Origin: Podarcis gaigeae
Taxonomy: Eukaryota
Reading direction: 5' to 3' (one strand)
Assembly: GCA_964106915.2 (NCBI GenBank)
Contig: OZ066922.1
DNA length: 64,000 bases
This document shows positions 1 through 12,602 of this stretch, in pieces. The position numbers and the translations under genes were made by a program. The stretch's first letter is position 1; every line of letters begins with the position of its first letter. A model generated the notes under the pieces. The model was given only the letters and a program-made list of their open reading frames with translations, made no database searches and was not told the DNA's origin.

Positions 1-127
1 TATACTGACAAAGTATTTGCTTTGTGTACACTGTATTTCCAAGGGCAGGCAGATATTATACATGCCACCCCAATCTCTGAGCAGTTTGAGAGTCAAGGGG
101 TTCCATGAGCTTTCAAGCAGAAATTGA

Positions 128-130
<3 letters not shown>

Positions 131-183
<53 letters not shown>
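131..183. repeat. (TC)n microsatellite
   Basis: Perfect dinucleotide run. Confidence 0.98.
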
Positions 184-185
<2 letters not shown>

Positions 186-458
186 TTGCTGCTTTCCTTC
201 TAGCTCACATCCACTGCTCTAGACTCTAGACTCTGGCTTTGTCCTTCTAATGATCTGAGAGTTGAAGGAAGGGCCCCACCCATTTGCCATCTCACACAGA
301 GCCTCCCTTTGCTTTGCTTCCCTTAATGGCCCATCACCCAGGCGATCACCTCATCAGGAAGCTAGCCTGGCTTATATTTTAACACCTGTTGGATCCAGGC
401 GTTAGAGGGGTCTGGCATCCAGTTTAAGACACACCAAACTCATAACTACACACGCGTG

Positions 459-484
<26 letters not shown>
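459..484. repeat. (CA)n microsatellite
   Basis: Perfect dinucleotide run. Confidence 0.95.
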
Positions 485-489
<5 letters not shown>

Positions 490-1133
490 ACACACCAATC
501 CTAGTGTTTTTTGTTGATACCTAGGGTTACATCTGTAGGGTTGTTTGATTGAATGTGTTGTTTGATTTTATGTTCATAAAATTATGTTCATTTTATGCCC
601 ATTTTTAATGCGCATTTTGTTGTTGCCAAGGGGACAATGCTTCTTTTAAGAATCAGAGCACAATGAACACAGAAATGGGATGAAGGCTAAAGATTTTATT
701 AAATAGCAAGAGAAAGTTTCAAAGCATTGGCATTATCTTACTCCCTTATGGTCTATAGTTGATGAGAGTCCTGCCAACAGCAGCTGTGATCCCTGAAGAT
801 GGAGCTGGAGCTGTGGTCTGCGCACGCCACTTTCTGCTGTCCAGCCTGTGCAGAGGTTCTCATGAACAGATGTGTTATTGGTTCTTATTCCCATCAAAGT
901 GACTCTTGCAGCTACATAAGCCACAGCTGGTGTTCGCTTGACATATCAGTTTCCCATCAGAATGAAAGACTAGCTAGTACTTGGCAGGTAGTCAGCACAG
1001 ATAACTTCCAAGGAGCCCTCCTTACTCCAAATGCCATTCTCACACAGTGACATCTCAACAAAACTAGATGTGAGAACTAACTAGGGAATAATCATTGAGA
1101 GGAGCAATTGCTGAGCGCCACACCTCTCTCAAT

Positions 1134-1405
1134 GAGAGCCAGTGTGGTCTAGTGGTTAAGAGCGATAGACTCCTAATCCTGGGGAACCAGGTTCGCATCT
1201 CCGCTCCTCCACACGCAGCTGCTGGGTGACCTTGGGCTAGTCTCCTTGCATGCTGTGTCTAGTCTCTCAGCTCCACTTACCTCACAGAGTGTTTGTTGTG
1301 GGGGAGAAAGGGAAAGAAGAATGTTAGCCACTTTGAGACTCCTTGAGGTAGTGATAAAGCAGGATATCAAATCCAAACTCTTCTTCTTCTTCTTCTTCTT
1401 CTTCT
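1134..1405 (+). mobile_element. tRNA-derived CORE-SINE (Squam3-type) with (CTT)n tail
   Basis: The tRNA-like head has an A box (TGGTCTAGTGG) and a B box (GGTTCGCATCT). It is followed by a MIR/CORE-like GGGTGACCTTGGGC segment and a (TTC)n tail. Three further copies lie in the window. Confidence 0.88.
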
Positions 1406-2671
1406 CCTTAATATAACAAAAGTCTTCCGTAAAACAGCAATACAATATTCTGGGAGACAGATTCTGCTCTTGAGCAGGTCTAGCAAGTGGCAGCAAGAGA
1501 AAGACTTTTTCATTGGCAGTGCCAACTGTGGAATTTGTTGCTTGGGGGTATTTATCTGGATGTTTTAGATCTGAGGAAATGTGGAGGCTCTGCTTCCACA
1601 ACAGGCTTCCTTGCATACAAAGGAATTTCCTCTTCCCCTCCTGTTTCCCCCCAGCAGCACCCTTCTCACCCTCAAAATCAGCTCTGCAGGACTGGGTTGT
1701 TGTTGTGTTTTTTTTCTGGGATGGGGGGGGCAGAAGGAGAGGAAATGGAAGCTCTGTTATCAATTTGCATTGTGAATTTCTGCGCTGGTGAAGGGTGATG
1801 TGCAAATGCTGCCAATAAATAAATGTAATATTGTTGGGTGTACTTCAAATGGTCGGAGTCCTCAGCTTGAGAGGCAAACTAGCAATGCACTTCCTGCTAA
1901 ATTCTCACTCTTATCAGCAGCACTCATATGCTCAGGCAGTACCTGAGATCATTGGTCTTGAACAATTTAGCAGACTCTGCGTTCTCATCCTGTACTTACA
2001 TCTTTTATGCACAGAAAGTGAGGCATAATAATATCATGTGCACTTCAGGCAATCTTGTGAGATAGTTGGATAATTCGTGTGTAGTGTAAAATCAATGATA
2101 GAGTGACTTTGGATAGGTCTTTTGTGGATAACAAGAGTGGAGGAAATTAGGCCTCTTATTTTTCTAGTACATCTCAAACAGACCAACACCACCTTCCATC
2201 CATGTTAGAGTCTATAACAAAAGAACTTTTATTTAGCTTTCCTGCTCTTCTTTTTTTTTTTTTAATAGGGTGGAGTGAACTTATTGATTCCTCTGGTGGC
2301 CTCAGAGAATGCATTCCCTTCACCTATAAAGTTCAAAGACCATTATCTCCATTTGAGTGTTCTGAGGGCTTCCTGTGCTGGAAAAATCTAGACCTAAAAC
2401 AAATATTCACCACAAAAGTTAGAAAGATCAATACATGAGCCAATGATGCATAGCCAATTCATTTATTACATGTCCTGGTAAATATTTAAAATTCAAATAC
2501 AGTATTTTGAATATCAGTTTAGAATGTTTGCCTTATTACTTTGATATTTGAGTTGCCTCGGCAAGATTAGATCTCCCCAACATCTTAAGGCCTGAAAAGA
2601 ACACTCTGTCCTGCTGAAGGAAGAAAACAAAAAAGGAGATTGACTAGGCATGCATCTCTATAAAATAATGC

Positions 2672-2674
<3 letters not shown>

Positions 2675-2730
<56 letters not shown>
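2675..2730. repeat. (GA)n microsatellite
   Basis: Perfect dinucleotide run. Confidence 0.98.
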
Positions 2731-2733
<3 letters not shown>

Positions 2734-4002
2734 TTTTCTCCTCTCATAATACTAGAACTCATGGAGATCCAATGAAGCTGAATGTTGAAAGACTCAGGAC
2801 AGATTAACAAAATAATTGCTTCACACAGTGCATAAATTACAGAACTTGTTCCCACAAAAAGTAGCAATAGCTACTAAGTAAGTCCCCCCCCCCCTTTGAA
2901 TTGTATGGTTTTATTTAGTTTTAGGAGGTATCACTGAGTAGTTCCATACACACATATCTTTTCTAAATTACTGTACCTCAACATAATTCCTAATAAGAGG
3001 ATCAAATCATATCACCTAATGATGCCTTGATGTGCTTTTCTGGTTCTGTGATTAAATTGGACCTTTGTCCATAAAATCCATATCAGTCAACCATTTTTTT
3101 TTTCTGGTTAGCCTTCAGGATTTTATTAATGCTGTAAAAAACAAAGTCATCTATCCCGTATTATTCTATCTCTCAACTTGATAGGGCACCACTGTAATGA
3201 GTTGGTTCATTGTCAATGAACACTATATAATGTTGTCTTAATCACAGACTCTGCCAGTGGGGACCACTCATTCATACTTTTACTGGAGCCTGTATCATAT
3301 CTGCCATGAAATTAAGTTGGCTGAGCTCCACAGATCTTGATGATTCATGGTGTTGCCCTTGATTTTCTGTACTTCACTGCAGCTTTTCTGAGGTCATCCA
3401 TTTGCAAAACTGTACCTTTTGAGCACATCATTTTTTGTGTGTGTGACACGGTGTCACTCATTTTATGAGTTCAGAGTCATTGGTCCTTTGAACAGATGTC
3501 TGAGTATTTTACTGGAAATGGTGGGATATTATTACCCAAGAAGTTCATTTGAACTGAAAAACCTCCAGGGTAATTATCAGGGATCTGCTATCATTTTCTA
3601 TAGTGGATGGAAGAACAGAATAACTAAGGTAGAAGCAAGGGGTTGTGAAAACCCCTTTTCCAAGTTGTGAAGTGACATAAAACCATTTCTTAATGTTTAT
3701 TTAAGCCATTATGCTAACGGTTCTATATTTCATAAAAATGTAAAAGTGCATTCTATTGCAATCACTTTAATTGATTGAAGTGTATGATTGCTTGTGTTGT
3801 GTGTGTGTGGTGCCCGCTACAGTTTCTCCTGTTTGCAAATGTGCCCATGGTCCAAAAATATTAGCAACCCCAAACCTAACAGGACAGGTTCAGAATGCAA
3901 CCAAGATTTGACATGCCACGTTGCGAATATGTAGGGCATATTTTCTTTTGACGTGAGGCTGCAACTAATCCATACTTACTATATGTACTCCAGACTTAAC
4001 TA

Positions 4003-4260
4003 CAGTGGTACCTTGGGTTACATACGCTTCAGGTTACATACACTTCATCTTACATACACTTCAGGTTACAGACTCTGCTAACCCAGAAATAGTACCTTGG
4101 GTTAAGAACTTTGCTTCAGGATGAGAACAGAAATCATGCTCCGGTGGTGCGGCAGCAGCGGGAGGCCCCATTAGCTAAAGTGGTGCTTCAGGTTCAGAAC
4201 AGTTTCAGGCTAAGAACGGAGCTCCGGAACAAATTAAGTACTTAACCCAAGGTACCACTA
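4003..4260. mobile_element. Tc1/mariner (Tigger/pogo-like) non-autonomous MITE, family A
   Basis: TIRs CAGTGGTACCTTGGGTTA...TAACCCAAGGTACCACTA with TA on both flanks. Homologous copies start at 7768, 9778 and 39199. Confidence 0.9.
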
Positions 4261-5672
4261 TAATGCCAAAATCCTGAAGAAAAAAGCATTATTGTATCCT
4301 GTGTATTTTATAAAAGGATATTTCACCAGCACTTTAAATATATACATAAGGAAAGAAAGGGAAGAAAGGGTGACATAGGAATTAAAGATTGCTAAACTTG
4401 CAATCTTTTTTAAAAAACAGCAGCCATTTTGGGGATCATTTGCATAATACGTTTGTTTTCTTTTATTATTATTAGCCACCTTTTCCCCTGACAGGGACTC
4501 AAGGGGGCTTACAGATAAAATAAGAACAGCTAAAAAAAAATAGAAAACATGTTCTTATAACGTTCAATACAATCACAGAAATCCCTGCTATTGACTCTAC
4601 ATTACTTTTGCCCATTCACAAAATGATATATCACTAGACTAAAGCATTACATAGTTTCAGGAACATTTAACATCTTGGTGGTTGAATTAGGGGATGTGTT
4701 CATGTCCAGTGTTCCATTTCATTGCTGTCCCATGGCTTGGATCAACTGCACATTCCATTCTCCCCTACATTCTGCTTTAACTTTCTATATTTCCTTTCAG
4801 AACTGATGCACCCTTCATTTATAGCAGTTTTCAGTTCACATCTTTCTTCCCTGCTGGTCACGAATTGACACTAGTGCATGTAAGCATCTGAGGACAGTTC
4901 AGTTCAGAAATAAAAAATGGAAGAATGGTGGCTTGCTAGTGCATTGGTGCTGCTCCACATTTGGAGTCCCCAAATACCTGCGATAAATTTATATTTGGGA
5001 GAATTTCATAAGCATCCCTACTTTTAAATTGCAAAGGCAGGGGAAAGAGTGCCATCTCTGCTTTTGATGTATAGCTGGAACAAATAATTTTTCTAGATGT
5101 GGAACAAACATTAAATCAATACCACTGAGATTGGTTGTATCTATTTTCTTGACACTGCTCCTGGTGCCAAATGAGTTAAATCTCTCCTTAAGCATCAAGG
5201 ATATACCATTTAGTTGTACAGATTTCTGCAGAGTCCAATTAAGTACCAAACGTTAAAGGGGGGAAGAAAGGAGTTCCTAGTACTTGTGTCATCACCTTAA
5301 AAAACAAAACAAAAAGAGGCATGGACATTCTGGACTGTTAATTAGCTAACCTGATGAACTGAGACAGCTAAAAATGATACTCACTTAATCAACATTTCTC
5401 TATTGAGCTGGCATCCCTGGAAGCTATGGCTTTACTGAGCAGTTAAGCATTTTCCAAAAGAAATAAATCTGCTTTGAAAACTATACTTTTAAAAAGTAAT
5501 GAAAAGTAAAGAGTGATTTGAGACCATGTCCTATTTGTTTCCAGTCTTTCCATCCAATTTCTCTGTCTCCCTGATTTTATAGTCAGCAACAGAGTATGTT
5601 TAGACCTCACTGGGCTGCTTTTGAGTGAGTTTCTACACTTAACCCTTCCTTCCTTCCTTCACTCCCTCCCTC

Positions 5673-5675
5673 TTT

Positions 5676-5722
<47 letters not shown>
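5673..5722. repeat. (TTTC)n microsatellite
   Basis: Tetranucleotide run within a pyrimidine tract. Confidence 0.95.
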
Positions 5723-5723
<1 letters not shown>

Positions 5724-6560
5724 GCGGTTCCCTCAGAGCCCACCCTCCCATTAGGCTGGGTGAGGCAGCCACCTCAGGCAACATCCCCCCAAGGCACATC
5801 ACCCCAGTTCCAACACCCAGCTTTCCTCCTGGTCTCCCCAGTCCTTAGGGGCAGAGAAGGACTGGTGGCAAAGCTCTGCTGAATACTTCCCCTCCTGCCT
5901 ATTCAGCAAGAAGGGAAACATTCCAAAATGCCTCTGGCCACCCCCGGGTTCCCTCAAGCCTCCTCATTTTTCCTGCAATGCTATTTTAGCTACATAAGGC
6001 TTGCCACATAGATAATTGAGTTGGGTGTTATGGTCTCTCCTTTAATTTACATTTGGTGCTATTGCCCTGCTTCCTAAATTATGGACACTAATATGCCATT
6101 TAAAAAAGAAAACTGTTAAGGCTGTGTACACACTATACCTTTGAATTATCTGTTCTTACATGGCCTGCCCAGCACAGTGGCACACAGTTTACACTGTGAA
6201 CTTCATGACCCAGGATTTAGCCCATATCTCCTGGGCCCTAGTCCAATTAATATATCTCCACCTTATTCCACATTTGGGGAAAGAAGACAGCAGTTAATAA
6301 GCTTAGGGAAGGGAATAATATTTTCCAGTAGGCCTGGAAATTTATGTGGTCGCAGTCCTGTACATATTAGGGCGCAAACCCTAATGTATGGTGTCTTTGG
6401 TACCAACCCACAACTGAAATTGTGGCAAGGTGTTAAGTGTCCATGGTATTTTGTAGGGGGAGAAGGGTAAGGAGAAAACACTCCTGTGACCTCATTGGCC
6501 ATGCCCACATGAATCCTTAGCAGCCAGATCTAATGGACACCAGCCGACACTACCCAGTAG

Positions 6561-7033
6561 TATTAATAATAAATAATAATAAATTTTATTTATACCCCGC
6601 CCTCCTCAGCCAAGACCGGGCTCAGGGCGGCTAACAACCAATAATAAAAACAAATTGATTGAAATGCAACTTAAAAAACAAGATTAAAATACAACATTAA
6701 AACATTAAAATGCAGCCTCATCACAGGAGGAGAAAGGAAAAAAGAAAGAGGGGGAGGGAATCAAATTGATTCCAAGCCAAAGGCCAGGTGGAACAACTCT
6801 GTCTTACAGGCCCTGCGGAAAGAAATCAGATCCTGCAGGGCCCTGGTCTCATGAGACAGAGCGTTCCTCCAGGCCAGAGCCAATGTTGAAAAGGCCCTGA
6901 CTCTGGTTGAGGCTAATCTAACTTCCTTAGGGGCCCGGGACCTCTAAGGTGTTGCTGTTTATGGACCTAAAGGTCCTCCCTGGGGCATACCAGGAAAGGT
7001 GGTCCCATAGGTACGAGGGTCCTAGGCTGTGAA
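6561..7033 (-). mobile_element. L2 LINE 3' fragment
   Basis: The minus strand encodes RLASTRVRAFSTLALAWRNALSHETRALQDLISFRRACKTELFHLAF, matching the L2 ORF2 C-terminal pattern RAFS...WN.LP...F+..KT.LF..AF. A 3'UTR and (TTA)n-like tail follow. Confidence 0.85.
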
Positions 7034-7134
7034 GTTGAGGGTTGGGTTGAAGCTGAGAGATGACGACAACCTTGCAGTGTTGCCCATTGCTTTTATCTCC
7101 ACATTGCAGGTAGACTTGAGAGAGTGGTATACAA

Positions 7135-7285
7135 TGGTTTTGCAGTGAAGTATAAAATTGTAGAGTTAGAAGGGACCACGAGGATTATGATGTCCAACCC
7201 CCTTCAATTAAGGAATACTTCACCCAACTTGGGGCTCAAGCCTGAGATTAAGAGTCTCATATTCTGGAGACTAAATAGTATTATC
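7135..7285 (-). mobile_element. Degraded tRNA-head/CR1-tail SINE (POM/Squam2-like)
   Basis: CR1-type tail (AGAGTTAGAAGGGACC...TCCAACCCCC on +) next to a tRNA-like remnant (TGAGATTAAGAGTCTCA). Confidence 0.55.
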
Positions 7286-7767
7286 TGTAGCAGGAAGAGA
7301 GGGGTTTGCTGAGAATGAGTAGCTTGCAGCAGCCTTGGAATGCAGTCTACTGCTCATATTGTAAGTCTGAAGTCAGCCTGAAACTGGTCTGGATTGCCAG
7401 TCAATAATTCTCTATTCATTGTCCCACCCCCAAAATCTCCTTCCAGGCAAATCAAGCGTATCAATTTTCTGCAGAAGCTTCATGTTCCCTTGACGTACAT
7501 GCAGATTGGTTGCACTTTCAAATGTTAAAAAACAAAAGCAGAGGATAATAGATGCACATGAGGGAAGAGCAGGGTCTTCCTGTTCTTAATGGGCAGGATT
7601 CCCAACAACAACAACAACAACCCATCTTAGCCACAGGCTTAGGTAACTCATACACGCCAGGGATACTTGTTTTATATATATGTGTAGCTTAAGGCAATTT
7701 GAGTCTTTAAAGTCTGCATTCATGTTGGCGAGTCAATTCATGCTAGATGTTTGAGCAATTTTAAGTA

Positions 7768-7985
7768 CAGTGGTACCTTGGGTTACAGATGTTTCAGGTT
7801 AAAGACTCCGCTAACCCAGAAATAGTACCTCTGGTTAAGAATTTTGCTTCAGGACGACAACAGAAATTGTGCGGCAGTGGCAGCAGGAGGCCCCATTAGC
7901 TAAAGTGGTACCTCAGGTTAAGAACAGTTTTGGGTTACGAACAGACCTCCAGAACAAATTAAGTTCTTAACAAGAGGTACCACTG
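7768..7985. mobile_element. Tigger-like MITE, family A
   Basis: TA|CAGTGGTACCTTGG...GAGGTACCACTG|TA. Confidence 0.9.
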
Positions 7986-8635
7986 TATTCAGAGCTGCTG
8001 TTGCTATCCGCAATATTTGCTCATTCCAGCTACAGTGGCGTGAGTTGGGTGTTCCTGAAAAGCAAGCTCTGGGATTGTAAGCCATTTTGTACATATAATT
8101 AACTACTTAATACTTAAGTCTTAGCATTTTGCTTGCTGGCAGGCAGCATTAAAGAAATAAAAATACACAGAGGAGGAAAAACCTTGTTTTCTTTATTGGA
8201 TGCCATGCCTATCAAACTCCCCTCAGAACAACTCTGGCATGGCAGCTCATATCTGAATGGCAGAAACAACCCTTATCTGCTTGTTGTTGATACAGAATTA
8301 AGGAGAAAATGGCAATAATCAAAAGTATATTGGGAAAAGATGCTGAATTGACCTGGTACTGGATAAATGCAGATGTCTGGAGGGACCCTTGATAACCTGC
8401 ATCATCTTGCCTGATAGTAAGGAGACTTTTACCATGCATCACTCATTAATGTGTTGCAAAATACATGGCAGACCATTTGGTATAATGGCTTCCTTTATCC
8501 ACCCATGTGATCCAGTTACTCCTTGGTGAGCAAATTCCATCAGGGGTAGCTTGGTTGTCTTTATGGACTGCTTGTTAAAAATACTCAGGTGAATCCATGG
8601 TTTAATCCCTAGAAAAGATCAACTAGAGTGCAATT

Positions 8636-9007
8636 TGTTGTTTAGTCATTTAGTCGTGTCCGACTCTTCAAGACCCCATGGACCAGAGCACGCCAGGCAC
8701 TCCTGTCTTCCACTGCCTCCCGCAGTTTGGTCAAACTCATGTTGGCAGCTTCGAGAACAGTGTCCAACCATCTCGTCCTTTGTCGTCCCCTTCTCCTTGT
8801 GCCCTCAAACTTTCCCAGTCACTGCCTTGTTGTGGTGAAGGGGCTTGAATAACTCAGAGAAGCTATGAGCTATGCCATGCAGGGCCACCCAAGACGGACA
8901 GGTAATAGTGGACCAAATTTTTTTTGACCAAACATGATCCACCTGGAGCTGGAACTGGCAAGCCACTCCAGTATCCCTGGCAAGAAAATTCCATGGACAA
9001 AGACAAC
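8636..9007 (-). mobile_element. Bov-B (RTE) insertion: 3' end on the minus strand (8636-8818) fused to an inverted 5' segment (8819-9007)
   Basis: The left part is the reverse complement of the Bov-B 3' terminus (AGTCGTGTCCGACTCTT...CCCCATGGAC). The right part matches the Bov-B 5' region in + orientation (CACTGCCTTGTTGTGGTGAAGGGGCTTG...AGGGCCACCCAAGACGGACAGG). Flanking TSD AGAGTGCAATT / AGAGTACAATT. Confidence 0.85.
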
Positions 9008-9777
9008 AGAGTACAATTAGCAAATCATAAAATGGGGGGGCAGGAGAGAGAGGAGTGAATAAACTGTTTGGATATGTGCATCTAATGTACAAAATGAATG
9101 CATCTCAAAGGAATTTGTGGGCAAGTCGTCTAGGGCAAATTTGGAGGCCACATATGTTTAAAGACTTATGGTCTGCTGCATAGTGGATGTAAAACATGTT
9201 GGCTGATGCCCTTTCCCCTCTTTGTGGGCTCTGTTAAGCAACTCCTATGGACAGGCCACTTTTAATATTTAGGTTTAGGTGGGGTGCTATTATGCTGATA
9301 TATTTTCTGTCATCTGCTTTATTTGATATTATGGAACTGTACTAATATGAATTAATGCTTCTCTCAAAGTGCCTATTGAAATGCACAGCTGATACTGTTT
9401 CTCATTTGAAGATAAAGGTATAGGTGTTACAAATGTTCGTTTCTGGGGCTTCCTGTTAATTAGCGTGAAAATATACATGCCTCCAGACTCTCTGAGAATC
9501 TAGTGGAAATTAGTTGATGAGTTCATGTGGAGCAAAAGTAGACCTAGAATGAAAGCCTCTACAATCAAGAGACTCATAAATAAGAATGGGGATTGGGGGG
9601 GGGGGGGACACACACAGGGACAAAATGTAGGTCTTTATTATTCACTTCAGATAAGGCCTAGTTCTCCTCTCTGTCTTTTTAGAATATGCTTTACTGAGAT
9701 TAAAAAAAAGTAACAAACAAGCTTAACCAAAAGGAAGAAAGAATGTAGTGAAATTTGTTACATCATATCACACAATA

Positions 9778-9875
9778 CAGTGGTACCTCGGGTTACAGAC
9801 ACTTCAGTTTACAGACTCCACTAACCCAGAAATAGTACCTCGGGTTAAGAACTTTGCTTCAGGATGAGAACAGAA
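9778..9875. mobile_element. Tigger-like MITE family A, left half only
   Basis: Starts TA|CAGTGGTACCTCGGGTTACA; homology to the other copies stops at GAGAACAGAA. Confidence 0.85.
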
Positions 9876-10260
9876 CCTTCCCGTCACCCCATCATACAAC
9901 TACCACTTAATCTATCTAGCATACTATGTATTTTCATTTTCTTTTATTAATTTTCATCAATATTATATTCTCTTATGATTTTCACACCACAGAAATCATA
10001 CAAACCCTGCCACTGACGTCATGTTATTACAGTAATCCTTAAGGTATTTTTCACACATGTCCCATTTCCTAATAAATGTTTGATCAGTAAGCCGTCTCAG
10101 TTTTTCTGTAATTTTTGCCAATTTGGCATATTCCAGCAATTTACCTTGCCACTCCAGCTTTGTTAGGGTTCTCTCTCCTTTCCAATTTGTGGCGATTAAT
10201 ATTCTTGCAGCTACCATAGCATACAATAATATTTCTCTCACACTTTTAGGCCTAGTTCTT
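9876..10260 (-). mobile_element. L1-clade LINE 3' fragment (ORF2 C-terminus and 3'UTR)
   Basis: ORF 9996-10322(-) contains LLYAMVAARILIATNWK...KLEWQGKLLEYAKLAK...FIRKWD, typical of the non-mammalian L1 ORF2 C-terminus. It is homologous to the fragment at 35584-35856. Confidence 0.8.
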
Positions 10261-10327
10261 CTCATGGAGGTGGCGGACCAGTCTTTGGGCTTCACCATTA
10301 CAGACAGTAGACAGGAGCTCATGTAAA

Positions 10328-10490
10328 CAGTGGCATAGCGTGGGGGTGCAGGGGGGGGCTGGCCGCACCGGGCGCAACATCCGGGGGGGCGCTTGCACTC
10401 GCAGCTCTCTGCCCCTACTAAAATCCACGGGTTAGGGTGCGCAAATTACTTGCCTTGCCCCGGGTGCTGACAACCCACGCTATGCCACTG
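10328..10490. mobile_element. hAT-superfamily MITE, 163 bp, apparently young
   Basis: Perfect 17-bp TIRs (CAGTGGCATAGCGTGGG / CCCACGCTATGCCACTG), perfect 8-bp TSD CATGTAAA, CpG-rich interior. Confidence 0.95.
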
Positions 10491-11388
10491 CATGTAAATA
10501 AGAATTCCTCCATATAAAAATGAAAATAAATCTGTATGTAGAAAGCTAGATGTCAGTAGGCTACATCCAACTATGGAAAAGTCAGAGGGGGGAAGTCCAA
10601 AGGACACATAGAGACGCCTGGAGGCTTTCCCACCTTTGCCATACAGAAACATTCAGCCATGTGAACTAGGCGTAAGACTCGAGACTTGGGTTCAGTTGGC
10701 CCATGGATAAATTCTGGAAACTCCTGGAAAAAATGGAAGTGGTGGAGGGTTAGTAACAGCAAGCATATACTTCAGATGGTACAGATCTTTGTCCCATTCC
10801 TAAGCTTACCAGATGAGTGCCGAAGTAGGATATCTGTAATTATCCAGAGTCCTAGCATTATGCAAGGACTGCAAAGTGGTAGTGATTTTGTAACAAATGT
10901 ATCTTGTGGATAAGCTTGCAAACAAAATGAAATGGGTTCCTAGTTTAAGATGTATGTTTTAAATGGAAGTCTGCATCTCACTGTGAAAAAGGGGATTTAA
11001 TTAGCCCTATGTGACCTCTTTTGTTATAATATTATGGGGCAGCATATTGAATACCCTGCTCACTATTACTCCCTCAGACGAAATTGAATCCTAATCTAAT
11101 TAACTTTTTTATTTTTTTTATTTGGTCAAAGGGCACTTATAATAAGAAACAGCTTTTACTTTTCACAGAAAGCTGCTGCACTGCTCCTCATATAAATAAA
11201 TGGACAATGAAAGATATAAGATTAGAAAGTTGCCCTGCTGGTCCACATTGCACTCTGTTACTAATCACCTGGAGGTAAAAGATTTGATTAGTTCTTTAAG
11301 ATCATGTCCATGACAAAATTTCACTAATAAAATTATTATCATACTTATGGACTGGGATGGGAGTCAGTCAGCTCAGGGAATATGCCTA

Positions 11389-11748
11389 CAGACCCCCCCA
11401 AATGTCCCTATTTTCCAGTGACATTCCTGGATTTACAGAAGCAATCCTGGTTTCTGATTTGATGCTGGAATGTCCCACTTTTCCTGAGGACATCCCTATT
11501 TTCAGTGGAGAAATGTTGGAGGGTTTGGCATTATCCAACCTCCAAACCATCTAAAGGCAGCCCTGTATGGGGAAGTTTATTAATGTTTCATGTTCTATTA
11601 TGTTTTATATATGCTGGAAGCCGCTCAGAGTGGCTGGACAACCCAGCCAAATGGGTGGAGTATAAATGGTAAAATGATGATGATGGTGGTGATGATGATG
11701 GAGGAATAGGGTGTCCCTATTTTCATTGGCGAAATGTTGGAGGGTATG
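11389..11748. mobile_element. Composite hAT-like MITE with a duplicated end and an embedded L2 3' tail
   Basis: A 35-bp terminal segment TCCCTATTTTCA..GG.GAAATGTTGGAGGGT.TG occurs twice (11493-11527 and 11714-11748). The two copies bracket an L2 tail (GGAAGCCGCTCAGAGTGGCTGG...) that also occurs near 18265 and 35900. Confidence 0.7.
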
Positions 11749-12250
11749 TGGGATCAAGACCATCCAAACTGTGCCATAAACCAAAAATGGGAACAAATAA
11801 ACAGCACTCAGAGTGAATTTGAGCCATAGACTATAAAACAAACCCATATATATACAGTATGGTGCATGTGTGTGTTTAGATGGAAGAATAATGAGTGATG
11901 AACTAAAATTGATGTGGCACTGAAAAGGGCATCTAAAATGGGGAGTGAGATAGGTTTCAGGGAGACAGAGCTTTCCAAAGTTGTTCAGGACAAAACTTAC
12001 CATTGGCAGATGGGTGACATGGAGGTTTCTTCTTCTGTCTAATGCCCCCCACCCCCCAAGGTCTCTCCTTGGATGACCCTGGAATCAAAGCAGTGCCAAA
12101 TTGTAGCATCACTTGAAGGAAGATTGCTGGGAGGAAAGTGGTGGCTCCCAGTTGGACTTGATGTAGCATTGATCCAGAGGCATTATGGGAAAGAAGAGTG
12201 GGGGCTTCTGTAAGGAGCTCCACCACTGCCTTTCCTTGGCTACTTCTATA

Positions 12251-12322
12251 CAGTGGAACCTTGACTGTCGCACACTTAGAAAGTTGAACGTTTCGGGTTT
12301 CGAACGCCGACAACCTGGAAGT
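12251..12322. mobile_element. Tigger-like MITE left-end fragment
   Basis: TA|CAGTGGAACCTTGA...GAACGTTTCGGGTTTCGAACGCC, similar to the element at 13635. Confidence 0.65.
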
Positions 12323-12356
12323 GGAAGGGACACAGGTGGCGCTGTGGGTAAAACCT

Positions 12357-12602
12357 CAATAGGACAATAGGATCCAGAAGCAGCAGTCTGATTGGTCCGC
12401 AGGAGCCACCCAATCCAGCTCCAGGTGGAAGTGAATCCGCAACCTGATTGGCCTACAGGAGAATCCCGGAATTAGCCAATCATGTGGGGCCCATTGTGTA
12501 AATAATGTATATAAAGCAGACACTTTGGGGGAACTGGCATTCCTCAAAACTATGAGCTGAATAAAGAGCATGAAACCCACACTCGACTCAGAGTATATTT
12601 CA
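12357..12602 (+). mobile_element. 5'-truncated solo-LTR-like fragment
   Basis: Repeated CCAAT/ATTGG boxes, TATATAAA (about 12508), AATAAA (about 12560) and an end in TATATTTCA. Confidence 0.6.

Noticed and set aside
1173-1805. 210-aa ORF with poly-Lys, and similar peptides at 20514, 51724 and 58420
   Set aside because: These are antisense read-throughs of the Squam3-type SINE and its (CTT)n tail; the shared peptide reflects the repeat, not a gene family.
11605-12003. ORF with a poly-His run
   Set aside because: The His run is the (CAT)n tail of an L2 fragment.
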